A program made the position numbers and the translations under genes. This document shows positions 42,137-60,689 of a stretch of DNA of 64,000 nucleotides, piece after piece. The notes beneath the pieces are model-generated. The model was not told the DNA's origin and ran no database searches. It was given only the letters and a program-made list of their open reading frames with translations. Source of the stretch: Scenedesmus sp. PABB004 (taxonomy: Eukaryota); NCBI GenBank assembly GCA_014905635.1, contig JABVCE010000017.1:496001-560000 (forward strand). Reading direction: 5' to 3'. The first letter of the stretch is position 1; each line of letters opens with the position of its first letter.

Positions 42137-42457
42137 TCACATGCCGGAGCGGCCCCACACCACGAGGCTGAGGCTGAAGCTGAACATCACGCACACGGCG
42201 GCCCAGCCGACCTGCACGATCGCGGGCTCGCCCTCAGCGACCATCATCGCCTCCTGCGCCGCCTGCGCCGCGGGCGCGACGGCCAGGGCCAGCGCCGTCG
42301 CGCTCGCGGCGAGGGCGGCCTTCTGCTCCGCCGCAGACGCGCGCACGGCGACCGCGCGGCGCGCGCAGGGGCGCGCGGGCGCTGCAGCCACCGCGCGGCG
42401 CGACGCCGCGGCGGGGCGCACGGCCGCGCCGGCGGCCTTGGACATGCAGAGAGCCAT
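42137..42457 (-). CDS. PETN: Cytochrome b6f subunit PetN, nucleus-encoded, intronless, with a bipartite presequence (106 aa)
   Basis: C-terminus EPAIVQVGWAAVCVMFSFSLSLVVWGRSGM is the PetN signature, preceded by a transit peptide (...RRAVAVRAS) and a hydrophobic segment ending in AQA. Confidence 0.97.
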   Translation of the reverse strand: MALCMSKAAGAAVRPAAASRRAVAAAPARPCARRAVAVRASAAEQKAALAASATALALAVAPAAQAAQEAMMVAEGEPAIVQVGWAAVCVMFSFSLSLVVWGRSGM

Positions 42458-42984
42458 TATGGTGGCGCGCGGGCCAATGGACGGCGTGTGTGGGTGCGGG
42501 TGCGGGCCGCGGGGGCTCCGGGGCGCAGGGGAGAGGGAGTGCGCGGGATCGGCTCTGGGCGCGTCGCAGCGGCGCGGGCGGGCTGGAATTGCGGCGCCGC
42601 GGGTCCCGCGAGGGCGCAGCAGCAGTGACAGTCCTCGCCGCCAGATGCCGTGAGGCCGCACTGCGGTGCTCCAGCGCATTATTGGCGCCTGGAGCACGCG
42701 CTGGCGGGAGCTCCGGCGGCCTGCGGGGCGAGTGGGCGCGGCCCGTGCGTTGATCCACATCGCCCCGCGGGCGTGCTGCGCCGGCAGGCCTCGGGCGGCC
42801 GTGCGGGCCTCGTCGGCCGCTCTGGACGGACGGCCGCCCTCGCGCCGGCAGCCTGGACGGCGGCCAGACGCCCGCGGCGACCGCGCCGCGCCGCGCGCTG
42901 CGTGCGCTGCCGCAGTTCACAGGGCTTGCGCTGATCACAGGACAGGCCCACCCGCACCCACAGCGCTCTCCCGCTCGCTCTCCC

Positions 42985-44060
42985 TCACGGCCCGCGCTTG
43001 ACCGCGTGCCGCCCGCCCCAGCCGCCGCCGGCGTCGCCGCCGTTAGCGGCGCCGTGCACGCCGCCGCCGCCCTTGTGCGCGCCGGGGCCCTTCAGCTGGG
43101 CGTAGTGCCGCCGCGCCGCCGCGCGCGCGCCGCCGCCGCCGCCGCCGCGGCCCCAGCACCAGAGCAGCAGCGCCGCTGCCGCGGCCGCGACGCCGAACAG
43201 CGCGAGGCTGCCCGCAAACGCGCCGCCCGCGCCGCGCCCGCCGTCGTCGTCGCCGGGCGCGCCGCCGCCGAGCGGCGGCGCGCCGTCGTCGTCGCCGCCC
43301 GCGCCCGCGCCGCCGGCGAGCGCGTCGGCCTGGCCGCTGCCCGGCGCGCCGCCGTACCAGCGCAGGAGGAAGCGATAGACCTCGTCCTCATTCCACTCCA
43401 CCCTCTCCGGCTCAAACCCCCCGCCGCCGCCGCCGCCGCCGGCGGCAGCGGCGGCGCCGCCGCCCGCCGCGCCCTCGCCCGCGCGCCGCCCGCCGCCGGA
43501 CGCGCCGCCGGGCGCGCGGCCGCCGGCGGCGCCGGCGCCGCCGGCGTCGAGGCGCGGCAGCCGGCACGACGGGCACGCCGACGCCGGCGGCCACTGTATC
43601 TTTGGGAACGCGGCGTCGCCGGTGGAGCTGTGGCCGTACTTGGCCTCGATGTGCGCGAGGCGGGCGTTGACCTCGTTGTGCGCGCGCCACGTCCACAGCA
43701 GCGCGCCGCGCCGGTCCGACACGGCCGCGGCCTCGGGCGCGTCAGTCACGCGCTCAAAGTGGTTCCTGCGTGGGTGGGTGGGTGGTGAGTGGTGGGCGGG
43801 TGGGTGGGTGGGTGTGGGTGGGCGGGGGTGGGTGTGGAAAGGGGGGCGAGGAGCAGAGCGGGGGACGCAGCGGCGGCGGCGCGCCGGCCCCACGCGCGCG
43901 CGCGCGCACTTGCAGACGGCGCACTGGAACGAGTGGTGCGCGAAGCCGCGCAGCGCCGACATGAACAGCGGCGCGTCGGCGTCCGCGATGCTGTGGGCGG
44001 CGGGCGGCGCGGCGGGCGGCGGTGGGCGGCGCGGCGGGCAGCGCGGCGTCGGCCGGGGCG

Positions 44061-44123
<63 letters not shown>

Positions 44124-46339
44124 TGCGCCCGCACGGCGGGCGGCCGGCGGGCATGAGGCGGCCGGCAAGCGGGCGGCGTGCGGCGCGCGCTCACCGCGCG
44201 GCGGTGGTGTGGAAGAGCAGCCAGAGGGCGCAGGTGAAGCCGCGGCCCTCGGGGCGCGTGCCCTTGCACGCGACCCACGACAGCCCGCCCTTGGCGCCGG
44301 GCGCGCCGCCCACGGCGGCGCTCGTGCCGCCGCCGCCGGCGGCGAGCGCCGCCGCGGCGTCGGCGGCGTGGCCCGCGCGCGTGCACAGCCCCGACGCGCC
44401 GCCGCCGCAGTCGCCGCAGACCTTGAGCGCCTGCAGCGCCGGCGTCGAGCCGGGGCCGCCCTCCGGCCACGCCGCGCGGAGCTGCGACAGCGCGTCGGCC
44501 GCGCCCGCCTTGCACGCGGGCACCGGGTGCACGCCCGCCCACACCTGCGCGCGCGGCGGCGCGGCGTCAGCGCCGTCACCGCCGGCGGCGGACGGCCCGG
44601 CCCCCTCCCGGCGACCAGTCCACGAAACACTGCCAACCCAGCGCGGGGCACGCCGGCGCAGCCCGTCCACCCCTCTCCCCTCCCCCTTTCTTCAGCCAGG
44701 CACCCACCTTGAGCATTTGTACGAGCGCCTCGCGCTGCAGCGCGCCGCTGTGCAGCAGGTCCTGCCCCGCGATCGCCTCGTAGAGCTGCACCGTCGCGAG
44801 CTGCACGTCGGCCGCGGTCCACTGCGGCGGCGCGCGGGGTGCGGGGGCGCGCGTCTCGGTCGGGGCGCGACGCGCGGCGCGGGACGCGCGGCGCGGGCGC
44901 GGGCGCGGCCAGGCCGCCCGCCGGCCGCGGGCGCGGCGTGCGCGGCGCGCCGCGCCGCGCCTGCAGGTCTGCCGCGATCGCCGTCACGCCCTTGCCGGGG
45001 TGCGCCGTGTCGAGCACCTTTGCCACGGTCGGCGCCTCGGCGTACGTCACGTCCCTGCGGCGCCGGCGCCGGCGGCGGCGGCGGCGGGAGCGGCGGCGGC
45101 GCGCGCATAGTGGGCGCCGGTGGCCCGCGCTGCGGCCAGGCCCCCGCTCTCGCCGGCGCGGCGCGGCGCTGACGGCTCGCCGGCTCCCCGCTGCCGCCGC
45201 CAGCCCGCGCCCCCAGCCCGCGCCCGCTCGTCCGCCCTGCCGCCGGCCCGCCGGCCCGCCGGCCCGCCGGCGCGCCGCGCTCACAGCTTGAAGGCCTCCG
45301 CCACAAACTTGACCACGCCCGGCGCGTTGCGGGAGAAGCGGCCGTAGTCAAACTTGGCCAACGCGGCGACGCGGGCGGCCGCGGCGTCGCCCGCGGCGCC
45401 GGCGTACATCGTGGGATACGCGGCGACCTGGCGGGGCGGGGTTCAGGCGGGGCTCGGGGTGCGGGCGCCAGGCCCCGTCCCGCCCTGCGCGCCGCGCCGC
45501 GCCCCTGCGCGCCCCGCGCGCGTGCCGCGCCCCGCCCTGCGCGCGCGCCTGGTAGGCCCCGCACACGTCCGGCTGCGCGCGGAGCGGGCGGGCGGGGCGG
45601 GCGGCGGCGGACGCGGGCGGCGTCGGCTGCCGGCGCGGCGGCGCGTGCCGCGCGCGCACGCGCGCGTCCCGCCCCCCCCCCCCCCCCCCTCCCGCCTCTC
45701 TCCTCGGCGCCCCCGCCCCGGCCCGCCCGCGCGTCTGCCCCCCCCCCCCCCCCCCCCCGCGGCGCGCGAGCCCCCGCTTCGCACGTCGACGGCGCAGTCG
45801 AGGCGTAGCACGGTGACCTTGGCCGCCGGCTGGCCCGCGAAGAAGGCGGCGACCTTGTCGTACTCGGGCTTGAACGCCCTGGCGGGCGTGACGACACGCA
45901 GGACAGCGCGCGGCGGCGGCGGCCGTGGCAGCGCGCGGAGAGCGGCGCCGGCAACTGCCGCAGGCGCCCGGCCCCCCGATCGCCCCTGCCCCGTCCCGTG
46001 CGGGCGTGGGCGGCCGGCCGAGCGACCGGGCGGCCAGAGCCAGCCGGCCAGAGGCCGCAGGGCGTGTGCAGCGCCGGCCGACCGCTGCTGCTGCGCCGGC
46101 AGCGCCGGCCGGCCGCCGCCCGGCCGCCCGCCGCCGCCGCTGGCCGGCGCGCACCTGCAGGCGGGGCACCAGGTGGCGTAGAACTCGAGCAGCACGTGCG
46201 CGTCGGCCGGCAGGGCGCTGAGCGTGGCGTTGATGGTGGCCTTGGTCACGTCCAGGCCCGGGACGTGCTTGCTCGCGTCGCCCTGGGCCCGGGCCGACGC
46301 CACCAGCAGCGCCACCGCCAGCGCCAGCGCGCAGGCCAT
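42985..46339 (-). CDS. QSOX: Quiescin sulfhydryl oxidase (thioredoxin + Erv/ALR domains, signal peptide, C-terminal TM); about 9 exons
   Basis: LLEFYATWCPACR (Trx CxxC), WVACKGT..RGFTCALWLLFH, FQCAVCKNHF (Erv CxxC), LLWTWRAHNEVNARL, FPKIQWPPASACPSCR and EWNEDEVYRFL. Confidence 0.95.
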
Positions 46340-48113
46340 GGCGCGCGCTCCGGCGGCGGCGATCGCGCGCCGCGGCGCGGGCGGTTGCGCTGCTCGCTGC
46401 TGCGAGGCGGCGGCGGCGATCGCGCCGCGGCAGCGGGCGGCTGCCTGCTGCTGCTGGCGCTGGCGGTGCTAGGACGCGGCTGGTGCTGGTGCAGCGCAAG
46501 CTGGGGATCGCGTCGGGGCGATCGCCGCGCGGCGCGGTTTTGGGGCGCAGCAAACGAGCAGCGGTGCGGTTACGCCGAGCTTCTCTCTCTCCGTGTGGGT
46601 CGGCCCGCCAAGTCTTGCCGCCGCCGCACAGCGGCAGCGGCGGCGGCCCCCCGCGATGGGCGTGGGCGGGGGCACGCAAGGGGGGCGCCGCCGCGCCGGG
46701 CTTGGTGCGCGGGGCAGACGGGCCCGAGCACAAGCAGCAGCGCGAACGATCGAAACGCCCTCCGCGCGCGTGCTTCCGTTGCTTGCCTTGCCGACTCCTT
46801 TTGTGACTCCTCTCCGTTCTCTTGCGTTGGCGCCTGCCTGCCTGCCTTTTGCCCCATGCCCCTCCCCCGCCTAGCATATCGACCAGACCAGCAACGCGCG
46901 TGTGGGGGTGGGACGTAAGCGGCAAGAGAGAGCAGACAGTGCCCCCGGCGCCCGCACGGCGGGCCCTCCAGCGCGCGGCACAGGGCGCGCCGCCGCGCCG
47001 GTGCGCCGCGGGCGCGCCGCCGCCAGTGCAGCAAGTGCAGCGCCGGGCGGCGGGGTGGGAGCTGAAGCAGCCACGGCCAGGACCTCAGGCAGCAGCAGCA
47101 GCAGCCCACAGGGTGGGGCGGCGCGCTGCAGATTAGCATAATGCGATAAATCAAAAGGCGGCGGCGCGCGGCCGCGCGCGCACGACCGCCGGCCGGAGTG
47201 TGGGCTGGCTGTCGGGGCGGCGCGCGCCGCCGCGCCGCGCGGCGCGCCGCCGCGGCGATCCGATCCGATCCGACCAGACCGGGCAGGGATGGGCCCGCAG
47301 CGCACAGGGCGCGAGGGAGCAGAGAGACGCAGGCAGGCATGCGGGCAGGGGAGCAAAACAATGCGGGCAAGACCAGGCCGGGGGCTGCCGCCCGCGCTTG
47401 AGCAAGCAAAACTCCACACAAACTTCCGCAGTGCCGGGACCGTGGCCGCGGGCGCGCGGCTGCGCCCGCCTGTTGGTGTTGATTCTGAACTCACGGCAAG
47501 CGTTTGCGCCTCCCCTCGCCTCCCTCCCTAGACTCCAACGCAGCCAGCCGGTCGCCGCACCATGTTCCGAAGCGGCGCGGCGTTCGTTCCGCCAGCGCGC
47601 GCGCGCCGCCCTGCGCCAGGCGGGGGCGTGCCACGTGCCATGCGCAGGCGTGCCACGTGCCTCCCTCGTGCCGCCCCCCTCCCCCCAGCTTGACCCGGTG
47701 CTTGCTGGTGAGTGTGAGCAGTGAGCACACTTGTTCAGACCACGGCGGGCAGCTGCTTATCTGGGACATAGCCGGTGCGGCGGCGCGCGCGCAAGCCCGC
47801 GGTCGGGGCTGCGCAGTGCCCGGGCCGACAGTGCGCCGCGGGCCCGGGTTCAAGGCCGCCGCCGCGCCAGGCGGGTCGCGGCTGCGGCTGCGCGCAGGCG
47901 CGCCAGTGCAAGCAAGGCCGGGGCGCCACCGGCGGCGGTCACAGTGCCAAATCGTGGTGTCACGGCGCGGCCGTCATAAGATGTTGTTTGATGCACTCCG
48001 TCATGTTGTCGTGATGCAAACGCGCGCACGGCGCGATGACGCGTGCCGGGGTCGACGCCGCAGGCGTGGGCGCGGCGAGCCTCGTGGGGGCAGGTGCAGG
48101 CAGCTGTCGCCCG

Positions 48114-53811
<5,698 letters not shown>

Positions 53812-54591
53812 GCGCGGCCCCCCCTCCTAGCGCCGGGCGCGGCGCCGGCGCATGGCGCTGCTGCCTGACCCGGGCCGCTCGCCTCTCCGACCGACTGCGG
53901 GAGCGGCCGCGGCGCGCGGGGCGGCACCGGCGCGAGCTGGAGCGCCGCGACCAGGGCGGGGCTTGGCAAGCCCCGCTCTGTGCTCCCACCCGCCCTTGTC
54001 TGCGCCGCCGAGCTGGGGAGCTGCGCCGGCAGCAGCCGGCGTCGCGCCGGCGGGCGCCGCTGCGCGAGCGCGTGCGTCAGCCGAGCGCGGGACCGCTGCG
54101 GCAGCCGCGGCGGCTGCTGCGGCCCCCGGCAGACGAAAGGCCAAGCTGGGAGGCCGTCTCTGGCGGCCGCTGACCCCGACCGGCCCCTCCGCGTCGCGCC
54201 GGCGCGGCGGCGAGGACGTTACTGCAGCCCCGCAACGTCGTCGCCCGCTGCCTCGGGGCGGCTCTGGCCGCCGCCCGCACTCGCGCCGCTCAAAAACGCC
54301 GGCGCCGCCCCATCGCTGGGGCGGCGGCGCCGCCGCTGCTGCTCCGTGCGTCCACCGCACACGCCCGCGGGCGCCGCGGCGCGCCCGCCGCGCGGCCGCG
54401 GGGCCGCGCGGGCGCGCGCGCCCGCGCCCGCATCCTCCTCCCCCGCCCCTCCGCCCAGTGCCCGCGCCGTCCGCCCCGTCCAGGCCTCCTCTCCGCCGCG
54501 CCGCGAGCCGCGCCGCGCGCGAGCCGCGCCGCGCGCCCTGCCTTCAGCGAGCGCGCATCCAAGCGGCGCGCATCGCGCCGCGCGAGCCGCT

Positions 54592-55997
54592 TCAACCGCG
54601 CTTCACGGGGTCAAAGTTGGACACCGCGGTGATGGCCAGAGCGATCGCGCTCAGCACAAAGCCGCCGGCAACCAGGCTGTAGATGAAGTTCCTGCAAGCA
54701 GCAGAGAGGCGCGAGTTCGCAGGGAGGTCGCAGGGAGTTCGCAGCGAGGGAGGGCGGGCGGGCGGGCGGGCGGGCGTGAGAGGGCGGGAGAGGCAGAGGT
54801 GCTGGGCGGCGCCGCGTGCGCGCTGCACGCGCTGCACGCGCTGCACGCGCTGCACGCGCTGCACGCGCTGCACGCGCTGCACGCGCTGCACGCGCTGCAC
54901 GCGCTGCACGCGCTGCACGCGCTGCACGCGCTGCACGCGCTGCACGCGCTGCACGCGCTGCACGCGCTGCACGCGCTGCACGCGCTGCACGCGCTGCACG
55001 CGCTGCACGCGCTGCACGCGCTGCACGCGCTGCACGCGCTGCACGCGCTGCGAGGCCCGCACGCACTTGAGCGACGGGGTGACCTCGGCGGCGGCGGCGA
55101 GGGGCATCAGCATGCTGCTGGTCGCCGCGGCGGTCAGGCCGGCGGTCAGCTGCAGCGCCACGGGGCTCGCCTCCTTCTGGGCGCTGCGGGCGGGCGGGCA
55201 CGCAGGCGGGTGGGCGGGCGGCGCGTGAGCGGCGGGCCGCGGCACACGAGCGCGGCCAGCCAGCCAGAGCGCGCCCGCATCCGCTGTGGCTGCCTCCACG
55301 GCTGGCTGGCTGGCGCTGCTGCCAACCGCTGCCGCCGCTGCCACCGCTGCCGCCGCCGTCGCTGCCGGCAGCACCGCCGCTGCTGCCGGCGGCCGCGCGC
55401 GCCGTGCGCGGCGGTTGCGCCGCGCCCGCCGCTGCCGGCGGCCGCGGCTGACGCGCGTGGGGTGGCCGCCAGGGGCTGGCACGCCGCCGCCGGGGGCCGC
55501 CGCCACGGCCGGCGCCAGGATCCGGTGCGCCATCGGCGGCGACGCCCGGCGCCGCGCTGCTGTCTGTGCGGCGCCGAGGCTGCGCGGGTCCGCCGCCCGC
55601 GGACCGCCGCTGCCTGCCCGACGGCGCGCTGATCCGGGGCCCCCGGCGCGACGGGCAGCTGCGTGGCCCGCTGGCGCGTGCCGCGCGCGCCTCGGTGGGG
55701 CGGGCGCGGCCATCAAGCCCGCGTGCGCTGATCCCGCGCCGTGGCGGAGGGATTGCCCCCCGCCGCGCCCCCGGATCCACCCGGCATGCCCCTCACCTGG
55801 CCTGCACGGCCACGCGGCGCGCCAGCACTGGGCGGGCCACGCCTGCGGGTCGGGCGCGCCATCGGGCGTCAGGGCCGGCGCGCGAGCCCGCCTGCCCTGC
55901 CGCCGGCGCATTGGGCCGAGCACTCACCGGCACGCGCCACCTGCTTGCGAGCGGCGGTGTTGGCCACCGCCCGGTTGGCCTTCACGCTCAGGGCCAT
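54592..55997 (-). CDS. PSBX: Photosystem II subunit PsbX precursor (exons 55997-55928, 55842-55797, 55183-55067, 54691-54592)
   Basis: Spliced product [119 protein letters not shown].AGG...VSNFDPVKR is the PsbX signature. Confidence 0.96.
54820..55051. repeat. Perfect 9-bp tandem array (GCGCTGCAC) x about 25.8 in PSBX intron 3
   Basis: Directly visible; no variant units seen. Confidence 0.98.
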
Positions 55998-57185
55998 TGC
56001 GGCAGACTCGGGGAGCGTGGGGTGGGCGGGCGAGTGCGGAGCGTGGGCGCGGCGAGGGTGGTGGTGGCAGGCTCGGGCAGCGCGCGGGAGCCCCCCAGCA
56101 GCGAGATCCCGAGCTTATCCTAGACCCGTGGTTTTACAAAATGGGCCGCAAAGCCGAAGGCCCCGCTGCGGTCCGATTTCGCCTGGAAACAACGCGCTGG
56201 GCCGGCGCCGCGCGCGCCGGCGCAGGGGCCGCCGCGCCGGTGCCGCGCGCCGTGCCGCGCGCCGCCACTGCCGCCGCGCCGCCGCCCCCGCCTGCGATCG
56301 GCGAGCCGAGCGAGGGGCCGGCCCGCGGCTCAGCTGGGCAGCCGTGCACGGCGCGCCGTGCCGCGCCGCGAGCCGGGGCGCGGCCGCCGGCGCCTGCGCA
56401 TGCGGGGCCTGCTGCGCGCGCCGGGCGGGCAGCGAGCGAGCGCGTCCGTTGCCTGCGCCCCGCCCGCCCGCTCTCGCCCGCGCTCACACACATGTACACG
56501 CGCGCGCGGCCTGCGCGCTGCCCCCAACGCGGCCTTGCGCGGCGGCGCGTGGCCGCCTTCGCCCGCGCCGCCGCGAGCACGCCGACGCTGCGCGCGCCCG
56601 GCAGCGGGCGACTGCGCTCCTCCCTGGCCTGCCTGCCTGCCTGCCTACTAGTGAACGAGCAACCAACCAGCACAGTGCTCCGGCGCAGCCGCGCGGCCCG
56701 GCCCCGCGCCGCACGCCGCGCGCCCGCGCCGCGCGCGCGCCGCGCAGGCGTGCGGCGCGCTTCTTGGTGGTGGTGAGAGCAGCAGCAGCGCGTGCGCTGC
56801 ACAAACTGGTCAGGGTTCAGCGAGCGAGCAAGCAAGCAGCGGGCGACAAACAAAGAACTGAGGGAGGCACGTGCGGCGCACGCGTGTATCACGGCGCGCC
56901 GTCGGCGCGCGTCAGCACAGCAGCGCCCGCTCAGAGCACACACACTCGCACACCAGGGTCGCGCCGCGCGGCGCCGCCGCCGCCGCCGCCCGCGGCGCTC
57001 GCTCACCGCGGCGCGGCGGTGGCCGCCGCGCGGCCGCCGCGCCCGCAGCAGCCCCCGCCGCGCGCGCGCGCGGCCTCGGCGCCCCCCCCCCCCCCCGACG
57101 GCGCGCCGCCGCGCCGGGCCAACAGCGCGCCGCCGCTCACGCGGCCTTGGCCCTGGGCGGCTCTGACCGCCTGGCAGAGCTCCGC

Positions 57186-57827
57186 TCACGCGGCCTTGGC
57201 CTTTGCCGGCTCGCCGGCCTGGTAATACACGACGTCGCCCGCGTCTGCCACATAGTGGTCGTTTGCGAACGAGCGCGCCAGCATGCGCAGCAGGTGCAGC
57301 GGCAGCGGGCCGCGCGAGCGCACGGGCTCCCTGCGCGCGGCGCGGCGCGGCGGCGGGTGGGCGGCGCGGCGGCGCGTGAGCGGGCGGCGCCGCGCGCGCG
57401 CACGCGGCGGCGCCAGCAGCCGGCAGCGCCACACAGAAACAGCAGCAATGAGAGCGATGACGACAGCAACAGCAAAAGCAAAAGGAACAGCAAAAGGAAC
57501 AAACGTAACGCCACCCGCCCGCTGCCCGCGGCGCGTCGCGCGCGCCTGTAGTAGGGCCCCAGGATGGGCTTGACCGCCGCCGTCGCCTCACGCAGGCGGT
57601 AGTGGGGGATCTGGGGGAACTGCGGGGGGGGGGGGGAGTGAAGGGGGGGGTGAGGCGGTGCGGGGGGGGGGGGGGGTGAGGCGGTGCGGGGGGGGGGGGG
57701 GGCGTGGGCGAGTGGGGGGAGAGGGAGAGGGGTGCGAGCGGTGTGCGTGTTGTGGGCGGGTCGTGGGTGCGGGGCGGGGCAAAGGGGAGCTGCAGGGAGG
57801 GAGGGAGTGGGCAAAGAGAGAGAGAGA

Positions 57828-57888
<61 letters not shown>

Positions 57889-60689
57889 CGTGTGTGTGTG
57901 TTGTGGGTGCGGGGCGGCGAGGCGGCGCGGGCGGTCGCGCGCCCAGAGCCGCGCGCGCCGCTGCGCCCCCAACGCCGGCGCGCCCCGCCGCCGGGCCGCG
58001 CGCCCCGCCGCCGGCCGCGCGCCGCACCAGGTGGTGCACCACGTGGGTGCCGATGTCGTGCGTGACCCCGTGCAGCGCGCCGTAGTCGTGGTCCAGCGTC
58101 GTCAGCCCGCCGCGCAGGTAGCTCCACTCCGCGCCGCTGCGGGGGAGGAGCAGGTGCGGGGGCAGAGGCCGAGGGCGGCGACGTCAACGCGTGGGCGGGC
58201 GCGCGCAGCCGCGTGCGCATTTCAGCGCGCGCGGCGGCGCCGGGGCGGGCCGGCGCCGGCGCGCGCCCGGGCGCCCCGCCCGGGGCCCCGCGGCGGCGCC
58301 GCGCGGCCGTTTCGACCCCTAAACCCTGAACCCCGAACCCGCCGCGCCCGCCCCGGCCCGCGGGCGCGGCGGGCCCCAACCCCAAAAGCCCCCCGCGGGC
58401 GCGGCCGCGGGCGCAGCAGGCCCGCGCACCGATACCAGGGTAACTTGTCGGCGCCCTCAGGCACGCCGTGGTGGTGGAGGTACGTCACGGCGTCGAGCCA
58501 CGCGACGTAGACGAGCCAGGGCGCAACGTACAGCCGCGCGACGGCGGCGGGGCCGGACAGGTACGTCGCGGCGGCCAGGGCGGCGTACGCGGCGGCGAGC
58601 CACGCGTCCGACGCGAGCACGAGCGGCCGCTGGTGCTTGGAGAAGAGGTCGCTGCGGGGGCGGGAGGAGGGCGGCGGGGGGGGGGGGGGTGCGTGTGTGG
58701 GTGTGTGGGTGTGCGGGTGGAGGAGGGCGAGGCGGCGCGCGCGGGGCGAGCGGGCGAGAGAGGGGGGCAGCGACGCGAGGCTCCCCGCCGCGGGCGCCGT
58801 TGCGCCCCGAGCCCCACGGCCAGCGCCGCCGCCGCGAGCCCCGCGGGCGCGGCGCCGCCGCCCCGAGCCCTGCAGCCGCCGGCGCGGCAGCGACGCCAGA
58901 CATCGTTTGGCCCCCGCGCCTCGCCTCGCCCCCGCGCACGCCGCCCGAGCCCCGCGGGCGCGGCGCCGCCGCGCGCGGGCGGGTGCACACCTGTGGGGGT
59001 GGTAGTGCGAGTGCGAGCGCCCCGGTGAGCCCCAGATGAGGTAAAAGGGAAACGCCAGCAGCACGGCGGGGAAGGTGAGCCGCCCGAGCCGCGCCTGCCA
59101 GTCCTGTTTTTGGTTGGGCCAGTTGCGAGGCGGGGAGGGACGGCAGGCGGGGCGGCGGGCGGAGCGAGTGGGCGGCGGGCGGGCGGGAGGCCGCCGCGCG
59201 GCCGCCGCCGCGGCGCGGCGTGCTCGCCCCTCGCCCCCCCAAAGGTCACTGCAGCCTCCCGGTGCGCCCGCACGCGACGCCCCGCGGCGCGGCGCCCCGC
59301 GCGCGGCCCCGCCCCGCGCCCGCGCCCGCGCGCCCCGCGCCCCGCGCCCCGTGCCCGCGCGCCGCCACGCGCCAGCTCGTCGTGCTGGCTCTTGGTGAGC
59401 GGGTGCCACGACTCGTCATTGTCGACGTGGCCGTGGTTGCCGTGGTGCTTCTTGTGGCTGAGCCGCCAGCCGTGGTAGGGCACGAGGATCGCGCTGTGCA
59501 GCGCGTGGCCGACGAGGTCGTTCAGCTGCGGCGGCGCGGGGTTGAGGGCGGCGGGGTTTAGGGCGGCGGGGTTTAGGGCGGCGGGGTGTTGTCAGCGCGG
59601 GGCGCGGCGGGGTTGACGGGGCGGGGCGTGGCGCGGCGAGGGCGGGGCGGCGGCGGGGCGGGGAGGAGGGGGCGGGGCGGGGCGCGCGGCCGCGCGCGGC
59701 GCCGCGCGGCGGCGGCGGCGCGCGCGGGACGGAGCGGGCGTTCCCGCGCGCGCGCGCGCACGCGCACGCGCGCGCACCGTGCGCGAATCGCTGAAGCTGC
59801 CGTGCCCGCAGTCGTGCCCGAGCACAAAGAGAGCCCACATCATGGTCCCCTGCGCGGCCCAGTAGAGCGGCCAGGACCACCTGCAGGTTCCAAGGGGCGG
59901 GCGCGGGCGCCGCGGGGTTCAGGGCGCGGGCGCGGGTGGGGGACGGCGCGGGCGCGGAGAGCCGGGCGCGGCGCGCGGCAGCGGGGAGCCGGGAGCGGCA
60001 GCGCGGGGCGCGGGCGCGGGCGCGCGGCAGCGGGGAGCCGGGAGCGGCGGGCGCGGCGCACCAGGTCGCGTATGTGTGCGCGAGCCAGGCGAGGCCGGCG
60101 ACGATGGCCAGGTCAGCCGCGACGTGCGCGAGCGAGCGCGCGGTGCTCTGCGACGGCGTCGCGCGGCGGTTGCACGGCGGTTGCCGCGACGAGGCGGCGG
60201 CGGCGGCACCCGGCGCTGCGCTGTGCGCGGCGGCGGCGCTGCGGGCGCTGCCGGCGCTGCGCAGAGACCGCCGCACCTTGCGCCAGCAGTGCGCGGGGAT
60301 CGCGGCGCGCAGGTCCTGCAGCGAGAACGGCGGCGGCGCCGACAGGTCGTAGGAGCCGTCCTGCGAGGGCGCCGGCGCGGCGGTGCGTCGCCGTCAGCAC
60401 CGTCAGCGGGGCGGCGCTCGCCCCTGGCGCCGGGCGGGGCTCCTGCTGCGCGCGCAGCAGGCGGGGCCTCCCGGCCGCCAGCGCGCTGGAGCCCCGCCGC
60501 GCCGCGGCAGCGCGTGCGGGCGCTGGATCCTGGCCTGATCCCGCCGTCGCGGCGCCTTTGGGCGCGCGGGCGCGCCGCAGTGCGAAGCCCGGCGGTGATG
60601 GCGGGCGCTGCGGCCGCTCGGCGCGCGCCAGGCGCCTGCGGGCGCACCTCCTTGAGCGCAAAGCCGCGCTCGTCGGTGCGGCGCGCCAT
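57186..60689 (-). CDS. Omega-3 (delta-15) fatty acid desaturase, FAD3/FAD7 family; about 11 exons
   Basis: [51 protein letters not shown] (His box 1), [27 protein letters not shown] (box 2), [24 protein letters not shown] and [18 protein letters not shown] (box 3). Ends ...[13 protein letters not shown]. Confidence 0.96.
57816..57885. repeat. (GA/TC)n microsatellite in a desaturase intron
   Basis: Directly visible. Confidence 0.97.

Noticed and set aside
54592..55923. 443-aa PsbX-like ORF with VQR repeats
   Set aside because: Read-through of introns; canonical GT-AG splicing gives a normal ~110-aa PsbX precursor starting at 55997.
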